Below, one piece after another: positions 38,744 through 49,779 of a stretch of DNA of 64,000 bases. The number at the start of each line of letters is the position of its first letter. Within the stretch, counting starts at the first letter, position 1. The notes beneath the pieces were generated by a model. The model had not been told where the DNA came from. It did not search any database and saw nothing but the letters and a program-made list of their open reading frames with translations. The stretch is from Candidatus Niyogibacteria bacterium (GTDB taxonomy: Bacteria > Patescibacteriota > Minisyncoccia > JACROR01). The DNA is taken from the NCBI GenBank assembly GCA_016186495.1, contig JACPLO010000002.1, forward strand, positions 6,857 through 70,856, read 5' to 3'. A program made the translations under genes and the position numbers.

Positions 38744-40036
38744 ATGGACTTGGAAAAACTGTCTAAATTTCAAATAGTGCTGTTGACGCTTTTAGTGAGT
38801 TTTATGACTTCACTGGTTACCGGCATTGTGACCGTAACTTTGGTTAATCAGGCGCCGCCGGCGATGACCCAAACTATCCATAAAGTCATTGAAAAAGTCC
38901 CGATCTTAAAAGAAGACAATCGGCCGAAAGAAATTATTGAACGGACGAAAATCATTACCCAGGAGGATTTGATTATCGGATTGGCAAAAGAATATTCAAA
39001 CGCGGTTGTCAGCGTGATTGCCACCAAAGATTTGCCGGTGGTTGAACAATATTTTGTTGATCCTTTTGAAAATGATGATTTTTTCCAGCAATTTATTCCG
39101 CCAGAGCTTCTGCCAAAATTTCAGGTGCCCCGATACCGCCAAAAAGGAACGGAAGAAAAGCAGATTTCCAGCGGCACGGGATTTTTCGTTTCCGCGGACG
39201 GCCTGCTGGTGACCAACCGCCATGTGGTGGAAGATAAGGAAGCGGAATACTCAATCATAATGAATAACGGGCAAAAAATGTCCGTGAAAATTTTAGCAAG
39301 GGATCCTCTTCAGGATGTCGCTGTTTTAAAAGCGGAAGGCGTAAAAGGTTCGGATTTTATTTATATTCCATTGGGAAATTCGGATAATTTAAAAGTAGGG
39401 CAGACCGTGGTGGCGATCGGCAATGCTTTAGGCGAGCTTCAAAATACGGTTTCCGTGGGCGTTATTTCCGGTTTGATGCGGACGGTTATGGCGAGCGGAG
39501 CGTTGGCCGGACCGGAAATTCTCCAGGAAGTGATTCAAACCGACGCGGCCATTAATCCGGGAAATTCCGGCGGCCCGCTTCTTGATTTGGAAGGGAAGGT
39601 GATCGGCGTTAACACGGCGATGGCATACGGCGCACAAAGCGTCGGGTTTGCTTTGCCGGTCAGCATTATTAAAAAAGATATCGCCGATGTTAAAGAATTC
39701 AATAAAATAAAATATCCGTTTTTAGGCGTCCGATATTTGATCGTTAATTCTAAAATTAAAGAAGAAAAGAACTTGTCGGTTGATTACGGCGCGCTTCTCA
39801 TAAAAGATGAAAAAGGCGCGCCGGCCGTGATGGCGGGAAGTCCGGCCGCCGCCGTCGGGCTTAAAGAGGGAGATATTATTTTAGAATTCAATAAAATAAA
39901 AATTGATCAGGAAAATAATCTGGCTAAATTATTAAGCAAACATAAGGTCGGAGAAAAAGTTTCGCTTAAAATTTTACGCGATGGAAAAGAAATAAATATA
40001 GAAATGGAATTAATGGAGAGGCCGGAAAATTTATGA
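38744..40036 (+). CDS. htrA: HtrA/DegP-family serine protease with PDZ domain
   Basis: GNSGGPLLDLEGKVIGVNTA catalytic Ser motif, His/Asp upstream, and a C-terminal PDZ. Confidence 0.85.
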   Translation: MDLEKLSKFQIVLLTLLVSFMTSLVTGIVTVTLVNQAPPAMTQTIHKVIEKVPILKEDNRPKEIIERTKIITQEDLIIGLAKEYSNAVVSVIATKDLPVVEQYFVDPFENDDFFQQFIPPELLPKFQVPRYRQKGTEEKQISSGTGFFVSADGLLVTNRHVVEDKEAEYSIIMNNGQKMSVKILARDPLQDVAVLKAEGVKGSDFIYIPLGNSDNLKVGQTVVAIGNALGELQNTVSVGVISGLMRTVMASGALAGPEILQEVIQTDAAINPGNSGGPLLDLEGKVIGVNTAMAYGAQSVGFALPVSIIKKDIADVKEFNKIKYPFLGVRYLIVNSKIKEEKNLSVDYGALLIKDEKGAPAVMAGSPAAAVGLKEGDIILEFNKIKIDQENNLAKLLSKHKVGEKVSLKILRDGKEINIEMELMERPENL

Positions 40037-40058
40037 TTTAATAAATTTATTATAGAGT

Positions 40059-42749
40059 ATGCTGCCATTTTCAAATTTTACCATTAAAGCTCAAGAAGCG
40101 ATTCGCCGGGCTCACGAGCTGGCGATTGAAAGGGGGCAAAATCAGATTGACGCGCCCCATCTTTTAGCTGCCTTGTTTCTTCAGGAAGAGAGCATTGTTA
40201 TTTCTCTTTTAGAAAAAATGGAAATTGATATTGACGCTTTGTTAGACGATGTTTTAGCGGAAATTGAGGACAATTCAAAAATGGCGGTTCCGCTCGTTTC
40301 GCCGCAAGTTTATTTGAGCCAGGATTTGGGGCGCGTGATTGAAGCGGCGCAGAGAACGGCTGCGGCAATGAAAGATCAGTTTATTTCAACGGAGCATCTT
40401 TTTATCGGTATTTTGGAAACGCCTTTAAAAATCAGCGGCCTTTTAAGCCGTTATAACATCAAGCGGGAAGAAGTCATGAGAATACTTTCCGATTTAAAAG
40501 GCGCCCAGCGAGTGACCGATGTTGAACCGGAAACAAAATACCGTTCTTTAAAGAAATATACCCGCGATCTGACGGAAATGGCGAGAAAAGATCAGTTTGA
40601 TCCGGTCATCGGCCGAGATGAAGAAATTCGCCGTTTGATGCAGGTTTTGAGCCGCCGCACCAAAAATAATCCGGTTTTAATCGGCGAAGCGGGAGTGGGG
40701 AAAACAGCGATTGTTGAAGGTCTGGCTCAACGCCTGGCTTGCGGCGAAGTGCCGGAATCTTTGAAAGATAAAGAACTCATCGCTTTGGATATGGGATCGC
40801 TTATCGCCGGCACTAAATATCGGGGCGAATTTGAAGAGCGGCTTAAAGCGGTAATGCGCGAAATAAAAAAATCCGAAGGGAAAATTATTCTTTTTATAGA
40901 TGAACTTCATACTTTAGTGGGAGCGGGAGCGGCGGAAGGCGCGATGGACGCTTCTAATTTGTTAAAGCCGGCTTTGTCGCGCGGAGAATTGCGGACAGTC
41001 GGCGCCACCACTTTAAAGGAATATCAGCGCCACATTGAAAAGGATCCGGCTCTGGCTCGGCGATTCCAGCCGGTTTACGTGGATGAACCAGGAATAGAAG
41101 ATACGATTGCCATTTTGCGGGGCATTAAAGAAAAATACGAACTTCATCACGGCGTGCATATAAAAGACGATGCTTTGCAATCCGCGGTTTATCTTTCCAG
41201 CCGTTATATTGCCGATAGATTTTTGCCGGATAAAGCCATTGATTTGATGGATGAAGCGGCTTCCGCCCTTCGTTTGGAGCTGGAAAGCATGCCGGAAGAA
41301 TTAGAAACAACGGGGAATGAGATTCGGCGCCTGGAAATAGAAAAAGAGGCCTTGAAAAAAGAAAAAGGCGTGAAAAACTCGGCAAAAATAAAAAAAGTCC
41401 AGAAAAACATTGATGATCTTAAAGAAAAAATTTCCGGATTGGAACTCAAATGGAAAAATGAAAAACAAGCCATTGGTTTTATCCGCCAGTATAAAAAAGA
41501 TTTGGATGAATTGCGTTTGGAAGCGGAAAACGCCGAGCGTAAAGCGGACTTGGCGCGGGTGGCGGAAATCCGCTACGGCCGAATACCCGAATTAACCAAA
41601 AAACTTCGCGCCGAAGAAACACGGCTTAAGAAATTTCAATCTTCCCACCGCATTCTGAAAGAAGATATTACCGAAGAAGACATCGCGGAGGTGGTTTCGC
41701 GCTGGACCGGCATCCCGATTAAAGGGCTTTTAGAAGAAGAGTCGCAAAAATTATTGCGGATGGAAGAAGATTTGGCAAAACGGGTGGTGGGGCAGAATGA
41801 AGCTCTAAAAAAAATCGCCAATGCGGTCCGGCGTTCGCGCGCCGGCATTTCCGAAGAAGACCGGCCAATCGGTTCATTTATATTTTTAGGCCCGACGGGC
41901 GTGGGAAAAACCGAATTAGCCCGCACTTTAGCTGAATTTCTTTTTAATGACGAAAAAGCGCTTATTCGCGTGGATATGTCGGAATATATGGAAAAACACG
42001 CAATTTCAAAATTTATCGGTTCGCCGCCAGGTTATGTCGGATACGAAGAAGGAGGCCAGCTGACCGAGCTTATCCGTCATCGGCCTTATTCAGTCGTGCT
42101 TTTTGACGAAATTGAAAAAGCTCATCCGGAAGTTTTCAATATAATGCTTCAAATTTTAGATAACGGCCGGTTAACTGATGCCAAAGGCCGGCACGTTAAT
42201 TTTAAAAATACCGTTATTATTATGACTTCCAATATCGGTTCTGAATTTGTCAGGGAAATGGAGACTTTAGGTTTTGAAACGGAAATTAAAGACGTTAACC
42301 GGAAAAGCGATGATTTGAAAGAAAAAATAAAAAAAGCGCTGGAAAAAAAATTCCGGCCGGAATTTTTAAATCGTTTGGATGAAATTATTGTTTTTAATTC
42401 TTTAAGTGAAGATAATTTGGCGACTATTGTCGGCATTCAGCTTGATCGGGTGCGCAAACGGCTGGCTAGAAAAAACGTTTTTTTAAAAATTTCAAAAGAA
42501 GCGAGCGCGCTTTTGGCAAAACAGGGATATGACCCTCATTATGGCGCGCGTCCCCTTAAACGGCTGATTCAAAATAAAATTTTAAATCCTTTATCCGAGA
42601 AAATAGTGGCTGGAGAGATTAAAGCGGGTGATAAAGCGCATATTACCGTTGAAAACGGCGAATTAGCGATTGAATCAAGCGGCCGGAAGAACCAAATGGA
42701 AATGCCTTTATTAAGGCCGGCAAAAATTAAAACAGCGAAAACAGGATGA
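40059..42749 (+). CDS. clpB: Chaperone ClpB (AAA+ disaggregase)
   Basis: Two AAA modules ([15 protein letters not shown] and [12 protein letters not shown]), a middle coiled-coil, and Clp_N repeats. 896 aa. Confidence 0.92.
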   Translation: MLPFSNFTIKAQEAIRRAHELAIERGQNQIDAPHLLAALFLQEESIVISLLEKMEIDIDALLDDVLAEIEDNSKMAVPLVSPQVYLSQDLGRVIEAAQRTAAAMKDQFISTEHLFIGILETPLKISGLLSRYNIKREEVMRILSDLKGAQRVTDVEPETKYRSLKKYTRDLTEMARKDQFDPVIGRDEEIRRLMQVLSRRTKNNPVLIGEAGVGKTAIVEGLAQRLACGEVPESLKDKELIALDMGSLIAGTKYRGEFEERLKAVMREIKKSEGKIILFIDELHTLVGAGAAEGAMDASNLLKPALSRGELRTVGATTLKEYQRHIEKDPALARRFQPVYVDEPGIEDTIAILRGIKEKYELHHGVHIKDDALQSAVYLSSRYIADRFLPDKAIDLMDEAASALRLELESMPEELETTGNEIRRLEIEKEALKKEKGVKNSAKIKKVQKNIDDLKEKISGLELKWKNEKQAIGFIRQYKKDLDELRLEAENAERKADLARVAEIRYGRIPELTKKLRAEETRLKKFQSSHRILKEDITEEDIAEVVSRWTGIPIKGLLEEESQKLLRMEEDLAKRVVGQNEALKKIANAVRRSRAGISEEDRPIGSFIFLGPTGVGKTELARTLAEFLFNDEKALIRVDMSEYMEKHAISKFIGSPPGYVGYEEGGQLTELIRHRPYSVVLFDEIEKAHPEVFNIMLQILDNGRLTDAKGRHVNFKNTVIIMTSNIGSEFVREMETLGFETEIKDVNRKSDDLKEKIKKALEKKFRPEFLNRLDEIIVFNSLSEDNLATIVGIQLDRVRKRLARKNVFLKISKEASALLAKQGYDPHYGARPLKRLIQNKILNPLSEKIVAGEIKAGDKAHITVENGELAIESSGRKNQMEMPLLRPAKIKTAKTG

Positions 42750-42756
42750 TTAAGCG

Positions 42757-43458
42757 ATGGAAAATTATCAAGTTAAAATTAAACAGTTTGAAGGGCCATT
42801 TAATCTTTTATTGGATTTGATTGAAGAGCGGAAACTTTCCATCAATGAGATTTCTCTGGCGGAAGTTTCCAGCCAATATCTCGATTATCTTAGAAAACTT
42901 CCTCAATTGCCGCGCGCCGAAGCCGCTTCTTTTTTAGTTGTGGCCGCGGCTTTAATTTTAATAAAATCAAAATCGCTGCTTCCTTCTTTTGAGCTGACCG
43001 GGGAAGAAGAAGAATCCATTGAAGATTTAAAAAAACGGCTTGAACTTTACAAAAAAATGCGGCAGTTTTCATTTTATATTAATTCTTTATACGGCAAAAA
43101 AATAGTTTATAAACGTGAAGCTTTTTTGGGCGTCAAACTTGGTTTTATTGAACCGAAAGGAATCAAGATAAGCGCGCTTTGCGCGGCTCTTAAAAATTTA
43201 ATGAGAACTTTTCCGGCAAAAGAAATAATTCCAGAGAAAATAATTGAAAAAGTGGTAAAACTGGAGGATAAAATAGATGAACTGCGCCGGCGGATGGAAA
43301 AAATGATAAAAACTTCTTTTCGGGAGTTTGCCGGTTTTGAAGATAAAACCGGTTTGGTGGTCAGTTTTTTAGCGATGCTCGAGCTGGTAAAATTAGGAGC
43401 AGTTGCGGTTATTCAAAAAGAGCATTTTGGCGATATTGAAATCAGCAAATCATTTTAA
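42757..43458 (+). CDS. scpA: Segregation and condensation protein A (kleisin)
   Basis: ScpA N-terminus FEGPFNLLLDLIEERKLSINEISLAEV. Confidence 0.85.
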   Translation: MENYQVKIKQFEGPFNLLLDLIEERKLSINEISLAEVSSQYLDYLRKLPQLPRAEAASFLVVAAALILIKSKSLLPSFELTGEEEESIEDLKKRLELYKKMRQFSFYINSLYGKKIVYKREAFLGVKLGFIEPKGIKISALCAALKNLMRTFPAKEIIPEKIIEKVVKLEDKIDELRRRMEKMIKTSFREFAGFEDKTGLVVSFLAMLELVKLGAVAVIQKEHFGDIEISKSF

Positions 43459-43460
43459 AT

Positions 43461-43595
43461 AATGAATCCCGTTAGAGATTAAAACCTTTATTTTTTAACG
43501 GAATTTAAAAATAACATCAATGAAAATAATTAGAATTACAAGAATAATTCACGGAAATGATTTTAATCATTTCCTATCTCTAACGGGATGAATTT
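43461..43595. repeat. 130-bp palindromic element, copy B
   Basis: About 90% identical to copies A and C. It sits between the scpA stop and scpB. The scpB ATG at 43588 is inside the right TIR. Confidence 0.9.
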
Positions 43596-44217
43596 ATCCA
43601 ACATTATAGAATCAATTTTGTTTATTTACGGCGAGCCGATGAAAATATCGCGGCTGGCTGAAATTTTAAACAAAAAAGAAAACGAAGTGGAAGAGGCTTT
43701 GGCGGTTTTGGAAAATAATTTAGCGGAACGGGGATTAAAATTAATTAAAAACAACGGCGAAGCAACGCTGGCCACTGTTTCCGAAGCTTCCGAATTTATC
43801 CAAGGGCTTTTAAAAGAAGAATTCAGCGGTAAATTAACCAAAGCGGCTTTAGAAACTTTGGCGATTGTCGCATATTCAGGCCCTTTGCCGCGCGCGGAAA
43901 TTGATTTTATCAGGGGAGTAAATTCTTCTTTCATTTTGCGGAATTTGCTGATCAGCGGGCTGGTGGAAAGGGAAATTAATCCTAAAGACCGGAGAACTTT
44001 TATTTATAAGCCGTCAATGGATTTTTTGCGGTTTTTAGGCCTTAGTAAATTAGAAGATTTGCCGGAATACGGCGAATTTCGGAAAAGTTTGGAAGATTTT
44101 TCGTCCCTCACGCTTAATTTAAACGTGAGGGGCGAAGAAGAAATAAATCCCGTTAGAAGCCGTGATCGCTTTATGAAACAGCCGCAATCTAATGAAAATC
44201 AAAATTCATCAGAATAA
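43588..44217 (+). CDS. scpB: Segregation and condensation protein B
   Basis: Winged-helix ScpB motifs (IESILFIYGEP...), adjacent to scpA. Confidence 0.85.
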   Translation: MNLSNIIESILFIYGEPMKISRLAEILNKKENEVEEALAVLENNLAERGLKLIKNNGEATLATVSEASEFIQGLLKEEFSGKLTKAALETLAIVAYSGPLPRAEIDFIRGVNSSFILRNLLISGLVEREINPKDRRTFIYKPSMDFLRFLGLSKLEDLPEYGEFRKSLEDFSSLTLNLNVRGEEEINPVRSRDRFMKQPQSNENQNSSE

Positions 44218-44268
44218 AATTAAATTTCTATCAGATCGCCGATCACAATCTGCTTCTAACGGGATAAA
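44147..44268. repeat. Palindromic repeat spanning scpB 3' end (aaatcccgttagaagc...gcttctaacgggat)
   Basis: 14-bp inverted repeats ~105 bp apart with an internal gtgatcg/cgatcac inverted repeat. The last ~23 scpB codons (INPVRSRD...) are repeat-encoded. Confidence 0.75.
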
Positions 44269-44279
44269 TAATAAAGAAA

Positions 44280-45200
44280 ATGTTTAAAATTAAAGGTTTA
44301 ATTTCATTTCCGCTGATTTTCAGTTTTTTGTTTTTAGTTTTTATCTGGAATATTTCTTTGCCCGAAAATTTTCAGGAAGCGGCCGTGGCGGTTGACGGTT
44401 TTGCAAAATCAGGAACGGAATTTTCCGAGTTGATTGCTGAAACTAACATTGAAGGCCAGAGTTATCTTGTTTTTGATTTTTTCGGGAGAATTATTGCTTC
44501 CCGTAAAAGTGATTTACAGTGGCCGTTGGCCAGTTTAACAAAATTGATGACCGCTCTTTTAACCGAAGAAAATATCGGAAAAGAGGCGGTTATTTCCGTT
44601 TCCCGCCGGGCGATTTCAGCGGAAGGCGATGACGGTTTTTTAGCGGAAGAAATTTTCCGGCGCGATGATTTGCGCGACGCCATGCTGATCCATTCTTCCA
44701 ACGATGCCGCTTACGCGCTGGCCGAACATTTTGGCTGGGATGAATTTATAAAATTAATGAATCAAAAAGCGGCGTTTCTCGGCATGGCCCAAACATTTTT
44801 TTTCGATCCGGCCGGTCTTGATTTTTCCAAAACCAGCGCTGGCGCTTACGGTTCAGCCGGAGATTTGATGATTTTACTGGGATATTTAATGGAAAATCAT
44901 CCTCAAGTTTTAGAAGCAACGCGCTTGCCGTTTTTGAAAATTGAATCTTTGGAAGGAAATAAGCATCGTTTTACCAATACTAACCGGCTAATTTACGAAA
45001 TTCCGCAGTTTTTGGCCGGAAAGACCGGTTTTACCGACATTGCCGGCGGTAATTTGGCGGTGGTGGCGGATATCGGCATTAATCAGCCGGTGGGGATAAT
45101 TATTTTAGGGTCTTCGGAGAAAGGAAGATTTGAAGATGTGTTAAAATTATATCAGGCAACCAGAAAGTGGTTTCAAAATCATCCCTTACTCTTCAAATAA
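44280..45200 (+). CDS. D-alanyl-D-alanine carboxypeptidase (S11, PBP5/6-like)
   Basis: SLTK (SxxK), SSN and KTG motifs, plus an N-terminal signal/TM. Confidence 0.8.
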   Translation: MFKIKGLISFPLIFSFLFLVFIWNISLPENFQEAAVAVDGFAKSGTEFSELIAETNIEGQSYLVFDFFGRIIASRKSDLQWPLASLTKLMTALLTEENIGKEAVISVSRRAISAEGDDGFLAEEIFRRDDLRDAMLIHSSNDAAYALAEHFGWDEFIKLMNQKAAFLGMAQTFFFDPAGLDFSKTSAGAYGSAGDLMILLGYLMENHPQVLEATRLPFLKIESLEGNKHRFTNTNRLIYEIPQFLAGKTGFTDIAGGNLAVVADIGINQPVGIIILGSSEKGRFEDVLKLYQATRKWFQNHPLLFK

Positions 45201-45214
45201 TTGAAGGGTGAGGG

Positions 45215-46288
45215 ATGATCTTAAATGTTCTGAAAATTTTCGGGCTTTCATCTTTAGCATTTTTTATCGGCATTTTTCTTACGCCGCTTTTAACGCATTA
45301 TCTTTATAAATACAAAATGTGGAAAAAGAAGAGTGGGAAAAAAATCGCGTTAGGAGGAGGAGAAACGACGATTTTTAATGAACTGCATAAAGAAAGAGAT
45401 ACGGGCACGCCGCGGATGGGCGGAATCATAATTTGGGCAAGTGTTTTACTGACCATTATTATATTTTGGTTGATTTTTCAGTTTTTTCCGTCTGAACTTA
45501 CGAAAAAACTTAATTTTTTAAGCCGAGAACAGACTTGGCTTTTATTGTTTACGCTCGTGTTCGCTTCCGTGGTCGGCTTGATTGAGGATTTTTTAATTGT
45601 TTTTGGCCGAGGGTATAAGAGAGATTCAGGCCTGGAATTAAAAACAAGAATTTTTATCGTGCTTTTGATCGGTTTGATCGGCGCCTGGTGGTTTTTTACA
45701 AAGCTTGAAGTGTCAAGCATTATGATCCCTTTTTTGGGGCAACTGGAGCTGGGCTGGTTTTTTATTCCGTTTTTTATGTTGGTGATGCTTGCTTTGTTTT
45801 CAGGGGGCGTTATTGACGGCTTGGATGGATTGTCCGGAGGCGTAATGGCGGCTATATTTTCATCTTACGCCGGCATTGCTTTTTTTCAGAATCAAATAGA
45901 CACCGCCGCGTTTTGCGCTGTTGTTGTCGGAGGAATCCTCGCTTTTTTATGGTTTAATATCCCCCCCGCCCGTTTTTATATGTCTGAAACCGGAATACTG
46001 GGGTTGACCACAACCTTGGCGGTTGTCGCTTTTTTGACCGGCCAGGTAATTATTTTGCCGATTATCGCTTTTCCGCTTTTTATAACAACTGCTTCTAATA
46101 TCATTCAGATTTTGTCTAAAAAATTTAGAAGCGGCAAAAAAGTATTTTTGGTGGCGCCTCTTCACCATCATTTTGAAGCCAAGGGCTGGCCGCCTTATAA
46201 AGTAACGATGCGTTTTTGGATTGTCAGCGTAGTCTTCGCGATTTTAGGAATAGTCGTCGCTTTAATCGGAAAAGTGCCTCCACGCTAA
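45215..46288 (+). CDS. mraY: Phospho-N-acetylmuramoyl-pentapeptide transferase
   Basis: VAPLHHHFEAKGWPPYKVTMRFW motif and 10 TM helices. Confidence 0.8.
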   Translation: MILNVLKIFGLSSLAFFIGIFLTPLLTHYLYKYKMWKKKSGKKIALGGGETTIFNELHKERDTGTPRMGGIIIWASVLLTIIIFWLIFQFFPSELTKKLNFLSREQTWLLLFTLVFASVVGLIEDFLIVFGRGYKRDSGLELKTRIFIVLLIGLIGAWWFFTKLEVSSIMIPFLGQLELGWFFIPFFMLVMLALFSGGVIDGLDGLSGGVMAAIFSSYAGIAFFQNQIDTAAFCAVVVGGILAFLWFNIPPARFYMSETGILGLTTTLAVVAFLTGQVIILPIIAFPLFITTASNIIQILSKKFRSGKKVFLVAPLHHHFEAKGWPPYKVTMRFWIVSVVFAILGIVVALIGKVPPR

Positions 46289-46315
46289 TTAAGTCATTGT
46301 TCGCTAGTGCGGGAA

Positions 46316-47371
46316 TTATAACTCTATTTTAGAAAGCGCGCCGCCATCCAAAACATAGACGGTTTTTTGAGAAGGGCGGACGGCAAAAGTCGGATTTTTG
46401 CCTTTGTAAATCGGCTGCATATTGCGATTGCCGCGGCCGTCAATTTCTAAGGCAAAAATGCCGTTTTCCGCGGCAAAAATAATAACATCTTCTCTTAAAG
46501 GAAAGAAATCAATATTTTTGATGGGAGAACGGGTTTTGATAATCATTTCTTTTTCCGCCGACAAATAATAAGGAAGAGGGAGATTTTTTTCCAGCCATTC
46601 GGTCCAGATTTCATTGTCTTTTTCCAACCAGATTTTTAATTTTTTATGCTTGTCAAATCTGATAAATTGGCGCGCCTGATCCTCGCCTTCATTTTCGGTT
46701 AGAAGATATTCGGGAGCTGGCGCGGGAAAAGCGCGAACCGTTTTGTTTTCAAAATCAAATTCGGTTTTTAAAAAAGAACGATCGGAAAAAGAAAGCAAAG
46801 CCGTTTGATTTTCCGGCCAATAAACATCGCCTATTTTTTTAAAAGAAGAAAAGATTTTATTTATTGAGATTGAGGCGTTTGTCATAAATTCTTCGGAAGC
46901 CGGAAGATAAAAAACTATTTTTCTCATTTCGTTTTTTAATTCTTCCAGGATTAATATTTCATCAAAAGGTGAAGCAAAAACGGAGATAAAAGGTCCTCGC
47001 GCCAGAGTTTTTCCCTCCGGCGAACGGGGAATTAGGAAAGCGCGGGCTTCCGTTACCAATTGAGGATTTATTTTCAGATTTTTTTGCCAAGGCCAATAGT
47101 TTTCTTTAGCCACCAGAGCGGAATAAACATCGGGTTTTAGATTTTGGATGAAGACTCCGCCTTGCAAAAGATTTGTTTGTTTTTCCAGGTTGTTGTCAAT
47201 AAATATCTCTGAACTGGAAAGAGGAGAATAAATATAAATTCCTCCGGTTTTGGCTAAAGACCAATTATTCGCCAAGCGATAGCCGGCGGTATACAAAAGA
47301 ACAAGCGGCGTGATAATAAAAAAAACCGCGATTGAAAGAAAAAGTAATTTTCGCCGATATTTAAGAGTCAT
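46316..47371 (-). CDS. Hypothetical membrane-anchored periplasmic protein
   Basis: N-terminal TM, 351 aa. It is the only minus-strand gene in the cell-wall block. No family recognised. Confidence 0.45.
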   Translation of the reverse strand: MTLKYRRKLLFLSIAVFFIITPLVLLYTAGYRLANNWSLAKTGGIYIYSPLSSSEIFIDNNLEKQTNLLQGGVFIQNLKPDVYSALVAKENYWPWQKNLKINPQLVTEARAFLIPRSPEGKTLARGPFISVFASPFDEILILEELKNEMRKIVFYLPASEEFMTNASISINKIFSSFKKIGDVYWPENQTALLSFSDRSFLKTEFDFENKTVRAFPAPAPEYLLTENEGEDQARQFIRFDKHKKLKIWLEKDNEIWTEWLEKNLPLPYYLSAEKEMIIKTRSPIKNIDFFPLREDVIIFAAENGIFALEIDGRGNRNMQPIYKGKNPTFAVRPSQKTVYVLDGGALSKIEL

Positions 47372-47435
47372 TAATAATCATTATATCTTCTGCTTTTTCC
47401 TTGTAAAGCGCCGGAAAATAGGATAAAATTTCGGC

Positions 47436-48716
47436 GTGAGGCGATTGAACGAAGAAAAATTCATTATTAAAGGATCGGCTGGAAGGCTCAAAGGAATTAT
47501 TCCGGTCAGAGGTTCAAAAAATGCCTGTTTGAAGGCGATGGCTGCCGCGGTTTTAACCGATAAGCCGATAACAATTAAGAATGTTCCTTTAATTGAAGAT
47601 GTTTTTAGAATGCGGGAGCTTTTGGAATTTTTAGGCGCCGAAGTTAAAGAAACAGGCCGGCGTTCTTTTTTAATTTCAGCGGAAAATATAAAAAAATCCT
47701 GTCTTGATTTTGAGATCGCTAAATCTTTTAGGGCGTCTGTGGTGCTGACCGGACCTCTTTTAGCCCGTTTGGGGACTGTTTCTTTTCCTTTCCCCGGCGG
47801 CTGCGTGATCGGCAAGCGGCCGATCGATATGTTTCTTAATGGTTTTGAAAAAATGGGAGCCAAGGTTTTTACAAATGGAAAAGGAAATAATTTTACGATT
47901 AAAGCCAAGGTATTGAAAGGCGCGGAAATTTTTTTTCGGATAGTCAGCGTAACCGGCACGGAGACTTTAATGATGGCGGCAACATTGGCGCGAGGGCGCA
48001 CTGTTTTGCGCAATGCCGCTCAAGAACCGGAGATCATAAATTTAGCTGATTTTTTAAACAGTTGCGGAGCGCGAATTAAAGGCGCCGGCACCAGTACCAT
48101 CGTCATCAACGGCGTAAAAAAGCTCGGCCCCGGAGTTTTTAATACGCCGCCTGATCGGATTGAAACCGGAAGTTTTTTGATTTTAGGAGCGCTTTCAGGG
48201 GATAAATTACGCGTGATTCATTGCAATCCTCTTCATATTTTAAGTCTGATTGAATATTTGGAATCAATGGGCGTTAGTTTAAAAAAAGGAAAGGATTGGG
48301 TGGAAATAAGCCGGCCGAAATTTTTCAAGCCAGTGAACATAAAGACCAGCGAGTATCCCGGTTTTCCTACCGATCTTCAAGCGCCATTTTCCGTTTTATT
48401 GACCCAAGCTAAGGGAACAAGTTCGTTGTTTGAAACGGTTTATGACGGCCGTTTGAATTATATCAATGATTTAGTTAGAATGGGCGCGAATATTATTTTA
48501 TGCGACGCGCATCGGGCGATATTCCACGGGAAAACTTATTTAAAGGGCAGGGAAGTGGAAGCCCCGGATCTTCGGGCCGGCCTGACTTTTATTTTAGCCG
48601 CTTTGATTGCCAAAGGAAAATCTATCATTCATAATGTTTATAATATAGATCGGGGATATGAAAAAATAGAAGAAAGGCTGTGGGACGCGGGGGCGGCCAT
48701 CAAAAGAATTATTTGA
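47436..48716 (+). CDS. murA: UDP-N-acetylglucosamine 1-carboxyvinyltransferase
   Basis: GSKNA...MAAAVL N-terminal motif and the EPT fold. 426 aa, starting at GTG or a nearby TTG. Confidence 0.9.
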   Translation: MRRLNEEKFIIKGSAGRLKGIIPVRGSKNACLKAMAAAVLTDKPITIKNVPLIEDVFRMRELLEFLGAEVKETGRRSFLISAENIKKSCLDFEIAKSFRASVVLTGPLLARLGTVSFPFPGGCVIGKRPIDMFLNGFEKMGAKVFTNGKGNNFTIKAKVLKGAEIFFRIVSVTGTETLMMAATLARGRTVLRNAAQEPEIINLADFLNSCGARIKGAGTSTIVINGVKKLGPGVFNTPPDRIETGSFLILGALSGDKLRVIHCNPLHILSLIEYLESMGVSLKKGKDWVEISRPKFFKPVNIKTSEYPGFPTDLQAPFSVLLTQAKGTSSLFETVYDGRLNYINDLVRMGANIILCDAHRAIFHGKTYLKGREVEAPDLRAGLTFILAALIAKGKSIIHNVYNIDRGYEKIEERLWDAGAAIKRII

Positions 48717-48748
48717 CTTTTACTTTTTGATTTCTGAATTTTTTTATT

Positions 48749-49762
48749 ATGTCTATTTTTGTTAAAAAATTAGGGATAGATTTGGGTACGGCCAATACTT
48801 TGGTTTTCGTGCCCGGCCGGGGAGTGATTTTGAATGAACCGTCAGTGGTGGCGGTTTCGGTTCCGGATAATAAAGTAATCGCCGTGGGGAATGAAGCGCG
48901 CGTGATGATCGGCAAAACGCCGGACGACATCGTGGCTTATCGTCCGATGAAAGACGGAGCAATCGCCGATTATCGGGTAACCGAAGCCATGCTTCGTTAT
49001 TTTATCGGCAAAGCTCTTCCCAAGTGGAATATTTTTAGGCCGGAAGTGATGGTTTCCGTGCCGGCCGGCGTTAATTCCACTCAGACAAGATCGGTGATGG
49101 AAGCGGCGATGAAAGCGGGAGCGCGCGCCGCTTACGTTATTAAAGAGCCGATTTTAGCGGCGATCGGCGCCAACATTCCCATTCATGAGCCGACCGGACA
49201 TATGATTGTTGATATCGGAGGAGGAACTACGGATGTGGCGGTTATTTCTTTAGGCGGAATTGTGGTTTCTACTTCCGTAAAAATGGCAGGCAATAAAATT
49301 GACCAAGCAATCATTGATTATGCCAAGAAAGCGTTTAATTTGGCGATTGGCGACCGAACCGCCGAAGACATTAAAATTACGATTGGTTCGGCTTTAGCTT
49401 TAGGCGAAGATTTGGCTTATCAAGTCAAAGGGAGAGATTTTCTGACCGGCCTGCCCCGTTCCACGGAAATAAAAACTTTTGAAATCGTAAAGGCGATTGA
49501 ATCTGAACTTCAAGAAATTATCAAAGCGATTAAGGCGGTTCTTCAGGATACTCCGCCGGAACTTGCTTCGGATATCATTGATAAAGGAATTACGATGAGC
49601 GGCGGTTCTTCGCTTTTAAGGAATTTAGACGAATTAATCCATCGGGCGACCGGCATTAAAGCGTATTTAGCCGAAGATCCTCTGCTTTGCGTGGCCCGCG
49701 GCACGGGCATTGCTTTGGAACATTTGGATATTTATAAAAAAAGCGTCATTACTAAAAAATAA
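48749..49762 (+). CDS. mreB: Rod-shape-determining actin homologue MreB (paralogue 1)
   Basis: LGIDLGTANTLVFV phosphate-1 and DIGGGTTD phosphate-2 motifs. Confidence 0.9.
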   Translation: MSIFVKKLGIDLGTANTLVFVPGRGVILNEPSVVAVSVPDNKVIAVGNEARVMIGKTPDDIVAYRPMKDGAIADYRVTEAMLRYFIGKALPKWNIFRPEVMVSVPAGVNSTQTRSVMEAAMKAGARAAYVIKEPILAAIGANIPIHEPTGHMIVDIGGGTTDVAVISLGGIVVSTSVKMAGNKIDQAIIDYAKKAFNLAIGDRTAEDIKITIGSALALGEDLAYQVKGRDFLTGLPRSTEIKTFEIVKAIESELQEIIKAIKAVLQDTPPELASDIIDKGITMSGGSSLLRNLDELIHRATGIKAYLAEDPLLCVARGTGIALEHLDIYKKSVITKK

Positions 49763-49779
49763 TAATTGCCGCAAAAATA

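Noticed and set aside
47381-48013. 210-aa minus-strand ORF
   Set aside because: It lies entirely antisense to murA, which has clear family motifs, and has no domain features. It is a spurious long antisense ORF.
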